Source: Squalus acanthias (taxonomy: Eukaryota). From it: a stretch of 64,000 bases of DNA. The position numbers and the translations under genes are program-made. This document shows positions 12,228 to 25,940 of this stretch, one piece after another. The stretch lies in NCBI GenBank assembly GCA_030390025.1, contig CM059431.1:105216001-105280000 (forward strand), given 5' to 3'. Below the pieces are notes generated by a model, which was not told where the DNA came from, did no database searches, and worked only from the letters and a program-made list of their open reading frames with translations. Numbering within the stretch: position 1 is the stretch's first letter; each line of letters opens with the position of its first letter.

Positions 12228-12569
12228 GGCGGGGGGGGGGGGAATTTTAACCTAAACAATCGGTCGGATTGTAGCGTGTTAAAAATGTGACCTGAACCCG
12301 CCTCCAACCCACCCACTTCCGGTTTTTCACGGAGGCGGGATGGAGGGGGGGGTGGCGCTGACAGCCAATCCGCTGCCAGGAGGCGATCATCAATTTAAAT
12401 ATTATAATGAGGCTGGAAGCCTCTTCTGTAACCTTCATTTTGTATTGACTTTAGCTGCTCGGGTTTTGCACAACTCGTGAAACCCGGCAGCTACAGCCAG
12501 GTGAGGGCACCGCTTCGGAGTCCCCCCCCACCCCGCTCCCAACCCGCCCTCCCTATTAAAATTCAGCCC
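12228..12569. mobile_element. Harbinger-like MITE
   Basis: Ends gg..gaattttaa / ttaaaattcagccc, with att on both flanks. Confidence 0.6.
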
Positions 12570-13084
12570 ATTATTTCTAAATGTTCTAACCAGCTTGGGT
12601 TCAGCACACACCAGATTGGAGTTTGATCATCCACACTTTTACAAACCATCGTACCGCTCTCAATAAAATCAGTGCTCCCTACTACAGGGAAAAGACATCA
12701 ACCTTCTTCGAGATATTACAATGCAGACAGCTTTGACGCAACACTGTTTTAAAGTTCACCAGTTACTATATCGATTGCTCTGCCTTTTTCGCTTACAGAT
12801 AGATCGCTAACTGGATGACGAGAAGACTTCTGGGTCTCCTGAAGCACAGCTGAGATGTGAGAGAGTGCCTGGGAAGGTCTGCTCTTGGGTGAAACTTTCT
12901 CCGTCGAATCTGCTTTGATGAGAAACAGGCACAGACAAATCAGAGATTTAAAAAATGTCAATCGGATTTGCAGGTGAATTCGGCAGTTGAGTTAAAACAT
13001 TTTTCAGGAGGGGAAAAGGTTACTGAATAAAAGTGACTGACTAAAAGAACATGCAAGATATAATTTCTAGATACCTGAAGTAGA

Positions 13085-13685
13085 AGGAACCTAGGAACAG
13101 GAGGAGGCCATTCAGCCCCTTGAGCCTCTTCCGCCATTCAATTAGATCAAGGCTGATCTGTATTTTTTTTTAATTCATTCATGGGATCTGGGCGTCGCTG
13201 GCAAGGCCAGCATTTATTGCCCATCCCTCGTTGCCCTTGAGAAGGTGGCAGCGAGCCGCCTTCTTGAACCGCTGCAGTCCGTGTTGTGAAGGCACTCCCA
13301 CAGTGCGGTTAGGGAGGGAGTTCCAGGATTTTGACCCAACGACGATGAAGGAACGGCCTGATATATTTCCAAGTCAGGATGGTGTGTGACTTCATTTACC
13401 CGCCTTGGTTCCATAACCCTTAATACCCTTACTAACAAAAATCTATCAATCTCAGTCTTGACATTTTCAATTGACACCCCCAACCTCAACAGCTTTTTGG
13501 GGGAGGGTGTTCCAGATTTCCACTACCCTTTGTGCGAAGAAATGATTCCTGACATCACCCCTCAATGACTTGGCTCTAATCTTAAGGTTATGCCCCCTTG
13601 TTCCGGACTCCTCCCCCCACCAGACGAAATATCTCTCTATCTACCCTATCAACTCCTTTAATCATCTTAAACAGCTCAATTAGAA
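13085..13685 (-). mobile_element. CR1 3' fragment with a nested 3' end (13163-13390) of the Zenon-like LINE
   Basis: CR1 tail ccattcaattagatc..gctgatct; the nested part is the reverse complement of about 9230-9445. Confidence 0.85.
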
Positions 13686-14578
13686 CACAGTTAGCAGCAG
13701 TTAATGCATTTTTCAGGAGGAGAAAGGGTTACTGAATAAAGGTTATTAAATGGCACATCGAAGATATAATTTCCAGAGTCTGCCCCTGACTCCTGAGGTA
13801 GAGAAAGTCAAGTCAATTGGTTGGACAAATTAAGTGGTCTCCGTGAACAGCCAGGCTGAAGAAAACTCTGATTTAAACAGCAGGCTATTCAAATAAGAAG
13901 CAAAATTACTGAGATCACATTTCCATCAAATACAGTGAATAAAAGAAGTTACTCCATTTTGGAGTCATTGAAACTAGAGTTAGGTCATTGCCTCACGTAT
14001 GGGGTTTAACTTCACAGCTATAAGATGACAATTGTGTAAGTAAAATCTAATAGCAGATGTCCAGGTATCTCATGTGAAAAATGTTTTAATTAGATAGTTT
14101 GCCAGTTCTGTCACTCGAGAGAGTTTCACCCACAAACAGCTCTTTAAAAACAAGCCTCCGACTGTATAAAATTAACATATTCAAGAACTCCCAGTGCATT
14201 TTGACAGCAGGACAAGAATATGGTACAGTATTGTCTGATCCATCTTTTTAAGTAAAATCATTTGCAGTGTTTAATTTTTTTTTTCCTTTGGGCGTTTTAA
14301 TGTACAATTAAAATCATACTGTCAAAATATAAAATTTCAACAAGTATTAAAATCAATTTTGAACACAGTTTCCACTGTTGGAACAGGAGCCAGTGAGTTG
14401 ATTAATGCCCTGTAATATTACAGAAACCTCTTCAGAAAGTGGTTCTGCAGTGTGTGCCAGCTGTAAGGATTCTGTCACTGTGCAATCTGCCCATTTGTAC
14501 TGCAGGGAGACTCGACAACGGCAAAACAAACTGCTGAATCGGGAAGCTTGCGTGTGTCTGGTGGTTTAAAAGTCACAG

Positions 14579-15021
14579 GGGGTTAAATTCGGGAGGGCAC
14601 CTTTTTCGGGCCGAGTAGCTCCGCCTATTGGCCGGGAGGTCAGAGGTCGGGGTTCTCGGGGCCGGGAGCGGACGCGATCGGGATGGTGTTTGTGGTAAGC
14701 ACTTTGGCTCTTTTTTAAAAATTTAGATGGTGGTTTGTGGCTGGTTTTCTTTGCCTGCACTGACGCTGACTGCCTCAGGACAAGCCAATGTTGCAGCAGG
14801 GATCTGAAACAGGCGTTAGCCCCCCCTTATTCAAATGTGCAAAGGGCTGAATGCCTGCTTTACTCCTGGATAAAGGACGCCTCTTGTTTGTCCTTACCCA
14901 AAATGGCGGGCGGCCCACCTCTGGGCGCAAGTGTGTGCATGCTTTGTGCCCGCCATTTTGGGGCCTTAGGAGGCCACGTACTACCTGAAAATCGGGCGCG
15001 ATGCCTGGCCAATTTAACCCC
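14579..15021. mobile_element. MITE with GGGGTTAAATT TIRs (Harbinger-like)
   Basis: ggggttaaatt/aatttaacccc; flanks cag/caa. Confidence 0.7.
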
Positions 15022-15107
15022 CAAAGTTGCCAGCTTTGATTTTTGGCCCAGCTTTTCCCAAGTACTTACAAGGCAGAAGAAAAGAACCAAATCACTGACC
15101 TGTGCAG

Positions 15108-15941
15108 TAGGCTGACCAGACGTTCCCATGTCCCGGGGACAGTCCCCTGATTAGCTCCTGTGTCCCCGGGCAAGCAACGTCCCCGGAAGAGTCCCTGGTT
15201 CAGAAAACTCGTTCCCGTGTAGAGTCTTTGTTTTATTTTAAACGGGAATGTGCAGAAACCCCCCACCCCGGGGGGGGGAAGATTCTCGGTCCGGTCCCGC
15301 TCGGTTTGGGCTCGGGGACGGATTCCAGGAGCCGGTTGAATGGAGGCGACGATGGCGGCCCCGCCTTCCCACAAAGCAGCGCGGCGGAAAAAAGGCCCCA
15401 TCGCTAGCTCGGGCCGCACTGCACTCTGGGGGATTGGGTCACCTGACCCCGTGTTTCGGCCAATAGTGACTGGCCGGAGGGCTGAACCTTTAAAATGCGC
15501 GGGAGAAGCCGAGAGCGCGGTGAGAGCTGGCGGGCGGGTGGATTTACTTTACCTCAGATTAGTATGGTGCATCGTGTTTTTTTAACTGAATAAGACAAGC
15601 TCTAAATTCTCCCACCGGGAAGAGGTTTCTGAAACCTTCTGAGACAGAGGGTGTCTCACACCTTATAGGGAAAATCTCAGTCTGTTTGGAACAGATTTAA
15701 AATTGAGAAATGTAAAAGTTCAGGTAGTCGGGGACGAGTATAAATGGTACAGCACGATTATCAGAACACACGCAAGATTCGAGATTCGGTGTAAAGTAAA
15801 AATGGCCTTGTCTCTACACGTATTCCACTAGCAGAAGCAACAAGGTCGTCATGCCGGTTTTCTTGTAACACATCCTGGCTGCTTTGCTGTGCTCCCACCC
15901 TGTGTGTCCCCGGATTCGATTTAGAAAATGTGGTCACCCTG
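15108..15941. mobile_element. Non-autonomous hAT (Blackjack-like) transposon
   Basis: TIRs taggctgacca/tggtcaccctg; 8-bp TSD ctgtgcag (15100-15107) / ctgtacag (15942-15949); gtccc/gggac subterminal repeats. Confidence 0.8.
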
Positions 15942-16059
15942 CTGTACAGGCTGCCTGCACACTCGTGGACAGAAAAGACAGTGGCATCTCCCAGCAGCAA
16001 TATCGTTCATCCGCTACCTCTAGAAGCAACAGCGCAAACCGCTTCCTTTATTATACATA

Positions 16060-16203
16060 GAACTGCATTTGTATCGTACCTTTGACATCTTCGGGACATC
16101 CCAAAAGCACTTCATAGCCCATGAATTATTATTGTAATGTGGCCGCGGTTGTAATGTAGGCAAATGTGGAAACCAATTTGCACACATCAGTCTCAGAAAC
16201 ATC
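16060..16203 (-). mobile_element. Old Deu-domain SINE 3' fragment
   Basis: gacatcccaaaagcacttcatagcc..gtaatgtagg..ccaatttgcacaca is the reverse complement of the SINE tail. Confidence 0.7.
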
Positions 16204-17969
16204 ACAGAGAAAAATAACCAGCTGAGGGGCCCTGACATTCGTTAACGCCCAAAGCAGGCTACGGCTTAGGTGGCACGGAGCAACTGTGAGAAGGCCTGAG
16301 GACGGAGGTAAATTCGGCGGGACCGCCCCACTCAAGATTCTTAAGAGACTGCTGTGGCCTAAGAAGCGACCGTCAACTAAGGGCAAGGTTCCATGATTTT
16401 TTTTTCCTTTTTTAAAAACAAGCCTTCCTGTGGAGCCAGGAAGGGCAGGAGTGCTCCTCCCGACTCCGCAGTCGTGGTGATGGAACCCCCTCCCGGTACT
16501 CACTCTAATCCCGCCCCCCTGCCCACCACCCCCCCCACCACCACCCCGCCCCCCTCCCCGCTTCACAGGACTAACCTTCGGGCCTCTGTTGGCGAGGCAA
16601 GTGGGCTGAAATTCATGCTCCTCAAATGCGCAAATTAAATGTTACTAAAGCTCGAGGCCTCACTTCGGGCTGGCTTGAGGCCTCTCCGTTAACGCTGAGT
16701 TTCTACCGCCATTTTGTGACATTTAGTGTTCCAAATGGAAACTTGACTTATGCAGAATAAGCCTGCAAAGCCCTTCATTTAGCACACAAAGTGAGGCGAG
16801 ACAGAGCGTCATGCAGAGACAAATAAACTCGAAGAACTAGACCAAAATGGATGAAGTTAACACCTGCAAGGCTGTTTCAATTTGTGTTATTTTTAGTTTA
16901 TTTATGAGTAAGCAATAAATCCAGAACTATATCCGCCTCAGAGCCCGCTATGTACAATATGCTCTATTACGTTGTGTTAATTTGAAAATGTGTATTACAA
17001 GCACTGCATTATTAAAAAAGCTTTCAAATGATAGGTTTGCTCAGGCAGCCTGATTAAGGAAAAGGGGAAGGACAACCTTTCAAAAGGCATTTCCAAATGA
17101 AAAAAGGTTTTAACTTTTTCTAGTTCATGCAATTTAATCTCAATTATCTGTTCCACAGTTTTCCGAGCAAAATGATGTGAATTAATGGAAATCCTTTGGA
17201 AACCATTGGGATCATTTTGCCCGTCAGTTCATTGAAGTTTTGCAGAATTTTACGCCACACTACACTAATAGATCATGAAAATTGAATTACACGCGATACA
17301 CTTAATCAAGCATGTACAACCTAAGAAAGACATCAATCTCTCCAACACCCGACATTAAATCTGTTTTTAAAAAATATTTTGCTATATTGCTCCAACAACA
17401 GCGTTGGTGCAGAACTTCTTTTTTTTTTAAAGAAAGAAAAGTAAGTAGGCATGGAAGAAGAATAACTTAATCGAAGATATTTTTTGAATTGTACCTTCGG
17501 TTGTGTCCTTTATTCAAAGTTATGGTTGTTGAAAACACTTTTACTTTCCGTGATTCGACAACTAGAACATAGCACAGGTCAAGTGAATCCATCGAGTGTC
17601 GTTTTTGAAGGCTCAAAGCAATTTTGTTCTTCCCATGTGGTCAAGTCACTAATTCGCCAGAAGTGTTGAGGTGCTTGTCACATTCATGATAATGATATTA
17701 ATCTCCCCCGCCCCCCTCCCTCCCTCCAGCTTGTTAAAGTATTCATAGAGTAATTACATTCTCATTCTCATTAACATTTAAATCAAAGAAAACTGGGAAC
17801 AAGTTTAACATCTGTGCAACCATATTGAGGTGACAGAGTCAGTGGAACATGATAAGGGCATAAAGGACATTTTAAGCCTCTCTCATCAGATTACACACAG
17901 ATTATTTTTTTCGGAAGACAGAATGTTCCTGAACCTGCAGGCAAGAATGTGATTAGGAAACTTTTTTGC

Positions 17970-18467
17970 ATGCTCAGCTCATCCAAAACTCTGCTGCCCG
18001 TATCCTGACTCACACCGTGTCCCGTTCACCCATCGCCCTGCGCTCGTTGACCTATGTTGGCTCCCGGTCCGGCAACACCTCAAGTTTAAAATTCTCACCC
18101 TTGTGTTCAAGTCCCTCTGTGGCTACAACCCCCTTCCTATCTCTGGAACCTCCTCCAGTCCTACAACCCTGCACGATCTCTGCGCTCCTCCGATTCTGGC
18201 CTTTTGTGCCTCTCCGATTTTAATCGCTCCACCATTGGCGGTCATGCCTTCAGTTGTCGAGGCCCTAAGCTCTGGAATTCCCTCCCTAAACCTCTCCACC
18301 TCCCTGTCTTTCTTTAAGACGCTCCTTAAAACCTACCTCCTTGTCACCTGTCTTAATAACTCCTTCTGTGGCTCGGTGTCAAATTTTGTCTCATAATCGC
18401 TTCTGTGAAGCACCTTGGGATGTTTTCCTATGTTAAAGGTGCTATATAAATACAAGTTGTTGTTGTT
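17970..18467 (+). mobile_element. L2-clade LINE 3' fragment
   Basis: QLIQNSAARILT..WLPV..FKIL; tail ggtgctatataaatacaag(ttg)n. Confidence 0.85.
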
Positions 18468-18842
18468 CAATTTCCAGCGTGCAATTGAGAAGTTATGACC
18501 CTAAATCTAGTCACTCGAGCAGCTGACTGAATAATATTCCTGTTCTTTCTTGCCCTATGATCTTTCTAACTGTTTCCAGGAAGCTATGAAAGTACTGCTA
18601 ATGTGATGACCTTTAAGAGTACTCTCTCCAATGTTTGATCTGAGATTTGTCTATTAACATGTCAAAAATAGCAAATATTGCAATGTTTTCAATAAAATGC
18701 AGAGTGCCTATAAACCTTCCATTCTCCAATACCATAAACTTAATAGGTGCATGTGAGTGCATGGTGCTCAGATAATGTGCATGTAAGCAGATTTTGATAA
18801 AATGCTAAACAGAATCTTCTGATAATGATCAGTATTAAAGCT

Positions 18843-19016
18843 GGGGCTGATTTTCCGAGTTTGAACTTCCAATGGGATGCCTGACAGGCAGCTCCACGTC
18901 AGTAGAAATTATGAAATCATTTCAACAAATGGAACATTGTGAGCAGTGCACACTTGCTTTCCTGAAGCCGGCAGGTGAGGATTCCCACCAGTGGCATAAA
19001 CTCGGAAAATCTTTCC
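18843..19016. mobile_element. Short MITE
   Basis: Inverted gattttccgagttt/aaactcggaaaatc. Confidence 0.65.
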
Positions 19017-19043
19017 TAAAATTCTGAATCGGGGAAAACTTCC

Positions 19044-21840
19044 TGATTATTACTGAGACATGGCTACAGAAAAATCAGGACTGGGAATTAAATATTGCAG
19101 GGCAGAACATATTTAGAAAAGATAGAGAGGGGAAAAGGGGAGGTGGAGTAGCTGTACTTATTAGGAATAACATAATGGCAGTAGAAAAAAGTGACGCATA
19201 TATCAGCAAGACAGAAATAGAATCCATGTGGATAGAGATAAAAAATAATAAAGGATTAATCACACTAATAGGGGTAGTCTACAGACCACCTAATAGTGAA
19301 AGGGAGGTGGAGGAAGAAATATGCAGACAAATTAGGGAAATGAGTAAAAATCATGGAATAATAATCATGGGGGATTTCAACTACCCCGATATTAATTGGA
19401 CAGAAGAGGTAGGTAAAGGGAATAAGGGAATGGAGTTCCTACAATGTGTACAGGACTCCTTTCTAACCCAGTATGTAAAAAGCCCAACAAGGGAGGATTC
19501 GCTATTGGATCTAGTAATGGGGAATGAACCAGAGCAGATAAGAGAAGTAAAAGTGGGGGAACATCTAGGCAACAGTGATCATAATAAAATACGCCATAAG
19601 ATAATAATTGAGAAGGACATAGGTATGACAAAGAGCAGGGTAATAGATTGGAGAAAAGCTGATTTTGAGGGGCTGAGAATAGAACTTGGGAAAATAAAAT
19701 CGACAACAGTATTGGCAAACAACGATGTAGAACAGCAATGGGAAACATTTAAAATGATGTTCAACAGAGTCCAGGAAAAATATATTCCTCTAATAAACAA
19801 GAACAAGCTAAACACTAATGAGACACCGTGGATGAATAAAGCTATAAGGGTAAAATTGAGGATAAGGAAAGAGGCATACGTTAAGTACATGGATCGCAGG
19901 GGAGAGCATGACAAGGGAGAATATGAAGGGATTAGGAGAGAAGTAAAAAAAAACAATTAGGAAGGCAAAGAAGAACTATGAAATTAAATTATTTAGGAAC
20001 ATAAAACAAAATAGTAAAATATTTTACAGGCACATAAATAATAAAAGGAAGGTCAGGATGGGAATAGGGCCACTAAGGGATGGAGAGGATAATACCACAG
20101 GCAGCAATAGAGAGATGGCAGAGATACTAAATAATTACTTTGCTACAGTATTTACCAGGGAGATAGAACAGGTGGAGATGACATCGGATGATGAGATTAG
20201 TAATGAGTTAACTGCACTTAAAATAAAACAAGGAGATATACTAAATAAACGAATGAAATTTAAAGAGGATAAAACCCCTGGTCCGGATGGCTAACATCCG
20301 CGCATTTTAAAAGAATCTAGGGAAGAAATAGCAGAGGCATTACTACACATATTTAGTAATTTGTTAGAAAAAGGAGTAGTGCCAGAGGACTGGCGGATAG
20401 CTAACATAATACCTATATTTAAGAAGGGAGATAGAACATGTCCAGGGAACTATAGACCAGTCAGCTTAAAATCGGTGATAGGAATAATAACGGAATCCCT
20501 ACTAAAAGGAGAAAATGGAAGAACATCTAGAAACCAAAAATATAATAATAAATAGTCAGCATGGATTTCAAAAGGGAAAATCTTGCTTAATCAAGCTAAT
20601 TGAATTTATTAAAGAGGTAACAGAGAGAGTAGACAAAGGTAATGTAGTAGATGTAATTTATCTAGATTTCCAAAAGGCCTTCGATAAGGTATCACGTAAT
20701 AAACTAATGAATAAGGTTAGGGGTTGCGGAATCAGGGGACAAGTAGCAGAATGGATAGCTAGCTGGCTTCAAGACAGAAAGCAGAGAGTAGGGGTAAAGG
20801 GTAGCTATTCAGAGTGGCAGAAGTTGGGAAGTGGTGTTCCACAAGGATCAGGGCTGGGACCACTGTTGTTCACAATTTAGACCTTGGAATCAAAAGCACA
20901 ATTTCTAAATTTGTGGATGACACCAAATTCAGGGGGGAAGCCAATACTGAGGAGGACTGCAACAAATTACAAGAGGACATTAATAAACTTGCAGAATGGG
21001 CATATAATTGGCAAATGAAATTCAACACAGACAAATGTGAGGTATTACATTTTGGTAAGAAAAATAGGGAGGTCACATATTACTTGGAAAATAAGAATCT
21101 AAATGGGGTAGAGGAACAAAGGGAACTAGGAGTACAAATGCACAAATTACTAAAAGTATCGACACAGGTTAACAAGGCCATAAAAAAAGCAAACCAAGCA
21201 CTAGGGTTTATTTCTAGAGGGATAGAATTGTAAAGTAGTGAAGTTATGCTAAACTTGTATCGAACCCTGGTTAGACCACACTTGGAGTACTGAATGCAAT
21301 TCTGGTCGCCATATTATGAAAAGGATATAGAGGCACTGGAGAGGGTGCAGAGAAGATTTACAAGGATGATGCCAGAAATGCTAAGGTATACCCATCAGGA
21401 AAGGGTGAACAGGCTGGGTCTCTTTTCTCTTGAAAAGAGAAGGCTGAGGGGTGACCTAATAGAGGTCTTTAAAATTATGAAAGGTTTTGATAGAGTAGAT
21501 ACAGAGAGAGTGTTTCCACTTGTGGGGAAGAGCAAAACTAGAGACCATCAATATAAGATAGTCACCAAGAAATCCAATAGGGAATTCAGAAGAAATTTCT
21601 TTACCCAGAGAGTGGTGAGAATGTGGAACTCGCTACCACAGGGAGTGGTTGAAGTGAATCGTATAGATGCATTTAAGGGGAGGCTAGACAAGCATATGAG
21701 GGAGAAGGGAATAGAGGATTATGCTGATAGATTTAGATGAGGAAAGGCGGGAGGAGGCTCAAGTGGAGCATAAACACCAGCATGGACTGGTTGGGCCGAA
21801 TGGCCTGTTTCTGTGCTGTATATCCTATGTAATCCTATGT
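19044..21840 (+). mobile_element. CR1 LINE ORF2 (EN+RT) with 3' tail, multiply disrupted
   Basis: ORF pieces 19175..19960, 20361..20555, 20515..20880, 20814..21233 and 21294..21740 carry YRPP, GDFN, NYRPVSL, LDFQKAFD, GVPQGS and FVDD; tail atcctatgt repeats. Confidence 0.96.
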
Positions 21841-21916
21841 AAAAAGGTGAAACATAAATGCTGGTCTCATTCACAAGGGAAGTCGTACTGCATTTACGTC
21901 AAATTGAGCAAGCTGC

Positions 21917-22145
21917 TACAACAACAACTTGCATTGATATAGCACCTTTAATGTAGTAAAATGTCCCAAGGTGCTTCACAGGAGTGTTATCAGACAAAAT
22001 TTGACACCAAACCATCGAAGGAGATATTAGGACAAGCTTAGTCAAAGAGGTAGGTTTTAAGGAGCGTCTTAAAGGAGGAGAGAGAGTTAGAGAGGAGAAG
22101 AGGTTTAGGCAGGGAATTCCAGAGCTTAGGGCCTAGGCAGCTGAA
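21917..22145 (-). mobile_element. L2 3' tail fragment
   Basis: Reverse complement of about 18260-18467. Confidence 0.85.
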
Positions 22146-22864
22146 AAGAAAGCGTTATCAATGTAGCCAGCACTGTACATGTTTGTCGGTGCTGCACCTC
22201 AAAGCATTCTTAAGGAGTAAAGTGCAGACTGCCACTTTGCTCATGAATACATGTGACTAGATCAGACTATTTTTGTTCTGATGATCAACCTTTACTCGCG
22301 TTGGCTACACACTCCATAGATAAGATAACGGAGACTGGGAGAGTTCTACAGGCTACCTCGCTTCTGAACTGACTTCATAACCGTTTAAAGTTCCTTCTTG
22401 TGCGTGTGTTGGGATTGGCTGGTATCGTGTCGCTACTGCTGGCAAATTTATTTTCCCTGATGCATGTTCCAAGTAGATTGCAGCCGGTCCAGTAACTGCT
22501 CTTGACGAGTGATGTGCCAGGATTATTTTTTCAGCGTGGAGTCTTCGGATACGAATTTGCCAGATCAAAAACAACGGCTTCAAAGGGTCTATTTTTCAAG
22601 TAGGAATTTCACAATAAGTTTCAAATAGAAGTATTATTACTTGCGTTAATCCAACAATTCAATTAAAGCAAATGAAAAGTCTTGTCACTCAAAAACTCTA
22701 AAGTCCATGCGCTGGTTATTGGTCGCTAGTCTATCAATAACTTTACTACTGTTCACTGCGATATATAGGTCAGCATTTAGGAGTGCAAGCACAACTCATC
22801 GGCTTTCACTGGTCAAGTAGCTCTGGAAGAACATCCATTGTTTCTGTCATCTATCAAGTGATCT

Positions 22865-23655
22865 AGAAACATAGAAACATAGAAAAATAGGAGCAGGAGT
22901 CAGCCATTCGGCCCTTCGAGCCTGCTCCGCCATTCAATATGATCATGGCTGATCCTCTATTTCAATACCATTTTCCCGCTCTCTCCCCACACCCCTTGAT
23001 ATCTTTGGTGTCTAGAAATCTATCTATCTCCTTCTTAAATATATTCAGTGACTTGGCCTCCACAGCCTTCTGTGGTAGAGAATTCCACAGGTTCACCACC
23101 CTCTGAGTGAAGAAATTTCTCCTCATCTCAGTCCTAAATGTCCTACCCCATATCCTGAGACGGTGACCCCTTGTTCTGGACCCCCCAGCCAGGGTAAACA
23201 CCCTCCCTGCATCCAGTCTGTCTAGCCCTGTCAGAATTTTATACATTTCAATGAGATCCCCTCTCATTCTTCTAAATTCTAGTGAATACAGGCCTAGTCG
23301 AACCAATCTCTCCTCATATGACAGTCTTGCCATCCCAGGAATCAGTCTGGTGAACCTTCGCTGCACTCCCTCTATGGCAAGTATATCCTTTCTTAGGTAA
23401 GGAGACCAAAACTGCACACAGTACTCCAGGTGTGGTCTCACCAAGGCCCTGTATAACTGTAGTAAGACATCCTTGCTCCTGTACGCATATCAACTTGCAA
23501 TGAAGGCCAACATACCATTTGCCTTCCTAACTGCTTGCTGCACCTGCATGCTTGTTTTCAGTGACTGGTGTACAAGGACACCCAGGTCCCTTTGTACATC
23601 AACATTTCCCAATCTATCACCATTTATATAATACTCTGCCTTTCTATTTTTCCTA
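22865..23655 (-). mobile_element. CR1 3' fragment
   Basis: ORF 22962..23444 ([30 protein letters not shown]); (gaaacata)n tail; close relative of 57590-58425. Confidence 0.95.
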
Positions 23656-24217
23656 CACGGTCTTTCAAAAGCAGTGGTCCGATTAAAAAAATTCATAGAA
23701 ATTCCGGGGGGAGTTCGATCACTCCCCCCGGCCTACACCACTGCCCATGACTACTGACAAGAAATGGGACTCTCCGAGATCTGTACCCGAAAAGAAGAAT
23801 TTCAGCCCCCCTTTCCCCGCTCGATGGTATATAATTGCCGGTTCATTGTCACTGGTCACTAGGTGACTGACTGAAAATATCGTTGCCATTTTAAAAAACA
23901 AAGGACTCGCACCTGTCTCTTCAGCCAGCATTGTGGTTTAGACCGCAGTACTGTGGTCTGGAACATGGACAGCTTAAGTAAACATTTGAAAAAGTTATAA
24001 AATGATTAGGGAGTCTCCGCGTTGCTTTGTGAAAATAGAGCACGTCTAACTAATCTAATAGTTTTTTTTGACAGAATTGCTGAGGTGGTGGATGCAGGGG
24101 AATGAACAAGGTGTACACGGACTTTCAGAAGGCATTTGTAAAATTCAGCACAGAAGATTACCAATTAACATTGACGTGCATGGAATTTGAGGCACTTTTG
24201 TGGCATGGATATGAAAT

Positions 24218-25929
24218 AAGAACATAAGAACATAAGAAATAGGAGCAGGAGTAGGCCAATCGGCCCCTCGAGCCTGCTCCGCCATTCAATAAGATCATGG
24301 CTGATCTGATCCTAACCGCCAATCTACTATCTATCACAGAACCATCTCCTGCATCTAACAGAATTGCACACACAAAATAGGAGCAGAATCAGGCTACACA
24401 GTCCCTGGGCCCGCTCCACTACCCACAGGGCCATGACCGATCCGAACCTAGACTCATGTCCAAATTCCTGCCCGCTCCCCGTAACCCTTAATGCCCTTTA
24501 CTTCTAGGAAACTGTCTATTTCTGTTTTAAATTTAATTAATGTTGTAGCTTCTACAGCTTTTTGTGGCAGCATATTCCATGGACCTACCACCCTCTGAGT
24601 GAAGTAGTTCCTCCTCATCTCAGTTTTGAAAGAGCAGCCCCTTATTCTAAGACTATGTCCCCTAGTTCTCGTCTCACCCGTCATCGGGAACATCCTCCCC
24701 GCATCCACCCGATCCAACCCCTTCACAATCTTATATGTTTCAATAAGATCGCCTCTCATTCTTCTGAACTCCAATGAGTAGAGTCCCAATCTACCCAACC
24801 TCTCCTCATATGACCACCCCCTCATCCCCGGGATTAACCGAGTGAACCTTTTTTGCACTGCCTCGAGAGCAAGGATGTCTTTCCTTAAGTAAGGACACCA
24901 AAACTGTATGCAGTATTCCAGGTGCGGTCTCACCAATACCTTGTACAACTGAAGCAATACCTCCCTATTTTTATATTCTATCCCCCTAGCAATGAAAGCC
25001 AACATTCCATTTGCCTTCTTAATCACTTGCTGCACCTGCATACTAACCTTTTGAGTTTCGTGCACCAGGACCCCCAGATCCCTTTGCACTTCAGTACTCT
25101 CCAGTTTCTTGCCATTAAGATAATAAATTGCTCTAGGATTTTTCCTGCCAAAGTGCATCACCTCACACTTTCCAGTGTTGTATTCCATCTGCCAAATCTC
25201 TGCCCACTTACTTAGCCTGTCTATGTCCCCTTGCAGGTTTTTTATGTCCTCCTCACTCACTACTTTCCCTCCCATCTTAGTATCATCTGCAAATTTTGAT
25301 ATGTTACACTTGGTCCCTTCCTCCAAATCGTTAATATAGATTGTAAAGAGTTGGGGACCCAGCACTGACCCCTGTGGAACACCACTAGTTACTGATTGCC
25401 AGTCTGAGAATGAACCATTTATCCCAACTCTTTGCTTTCTGTTAGATAGCCAATCCTCTATCCATGCCAGAATATTACCCCCAATCCCGTGATTTTTTAC
25501 CTTAAGCAATAATCTTTTGTGTGGCACCTTGTCAAATGCCTTTTGGAAGTCTAAATACACTACGTCCACTGGTTCCCCTTTATCCACTCTATATGTTACT
25601 TCCTCAAAGAACTCCAGCAAATTTGTCAAACATGACTTCCCCTTCGTAAAACCATGCTGACTTTGTCCTATTAAATTATGATTATCCAAATGTCCTGTTA
25701 CTGTTTCCTTAATAATGGACTCCAAAATTTTACCTACCACAGATGTTAGGCTAACCGGTCTATAGTTACCAGCCTTCTGTCTACTGCCCTTTTTAAATAA
25801 GGGTGTTACATTAGCAGTTTTCCAGTCTGCCGGGACCTTAGCGGAATCCAGGGAGTTTTGAAAAATTATTACCAATGCATCTACAATCCCTACCGCCACT
25901 TCCTTCAAGACTCTAGGATGTAAGCCACC
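24218..25929 (-). mobile_element. Young 5'-truncated CR1 with an open RT frame and doubled 3' UTR
   Basis: ORF 24454..25977 is uninterrupted through RT (GVPQGSVLGP, FADD); aaat duplicated at 24214-24217/25930-25933; (aagaacat)n tail. Confidence 0.96.
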
Positions 25930-25940
25930 AAATTGGTGGG

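Noticed and set aside
15761..16000. Possible minus-strand exon
   Set aside because: Lies mostly inside the hAT MITE.
23656..23960. Possible MITE ending in the near-palindrome agaccgcagtactgtggtct
   Set aside because: TIR and TSD are unconvincing and there is no second copy in the window.
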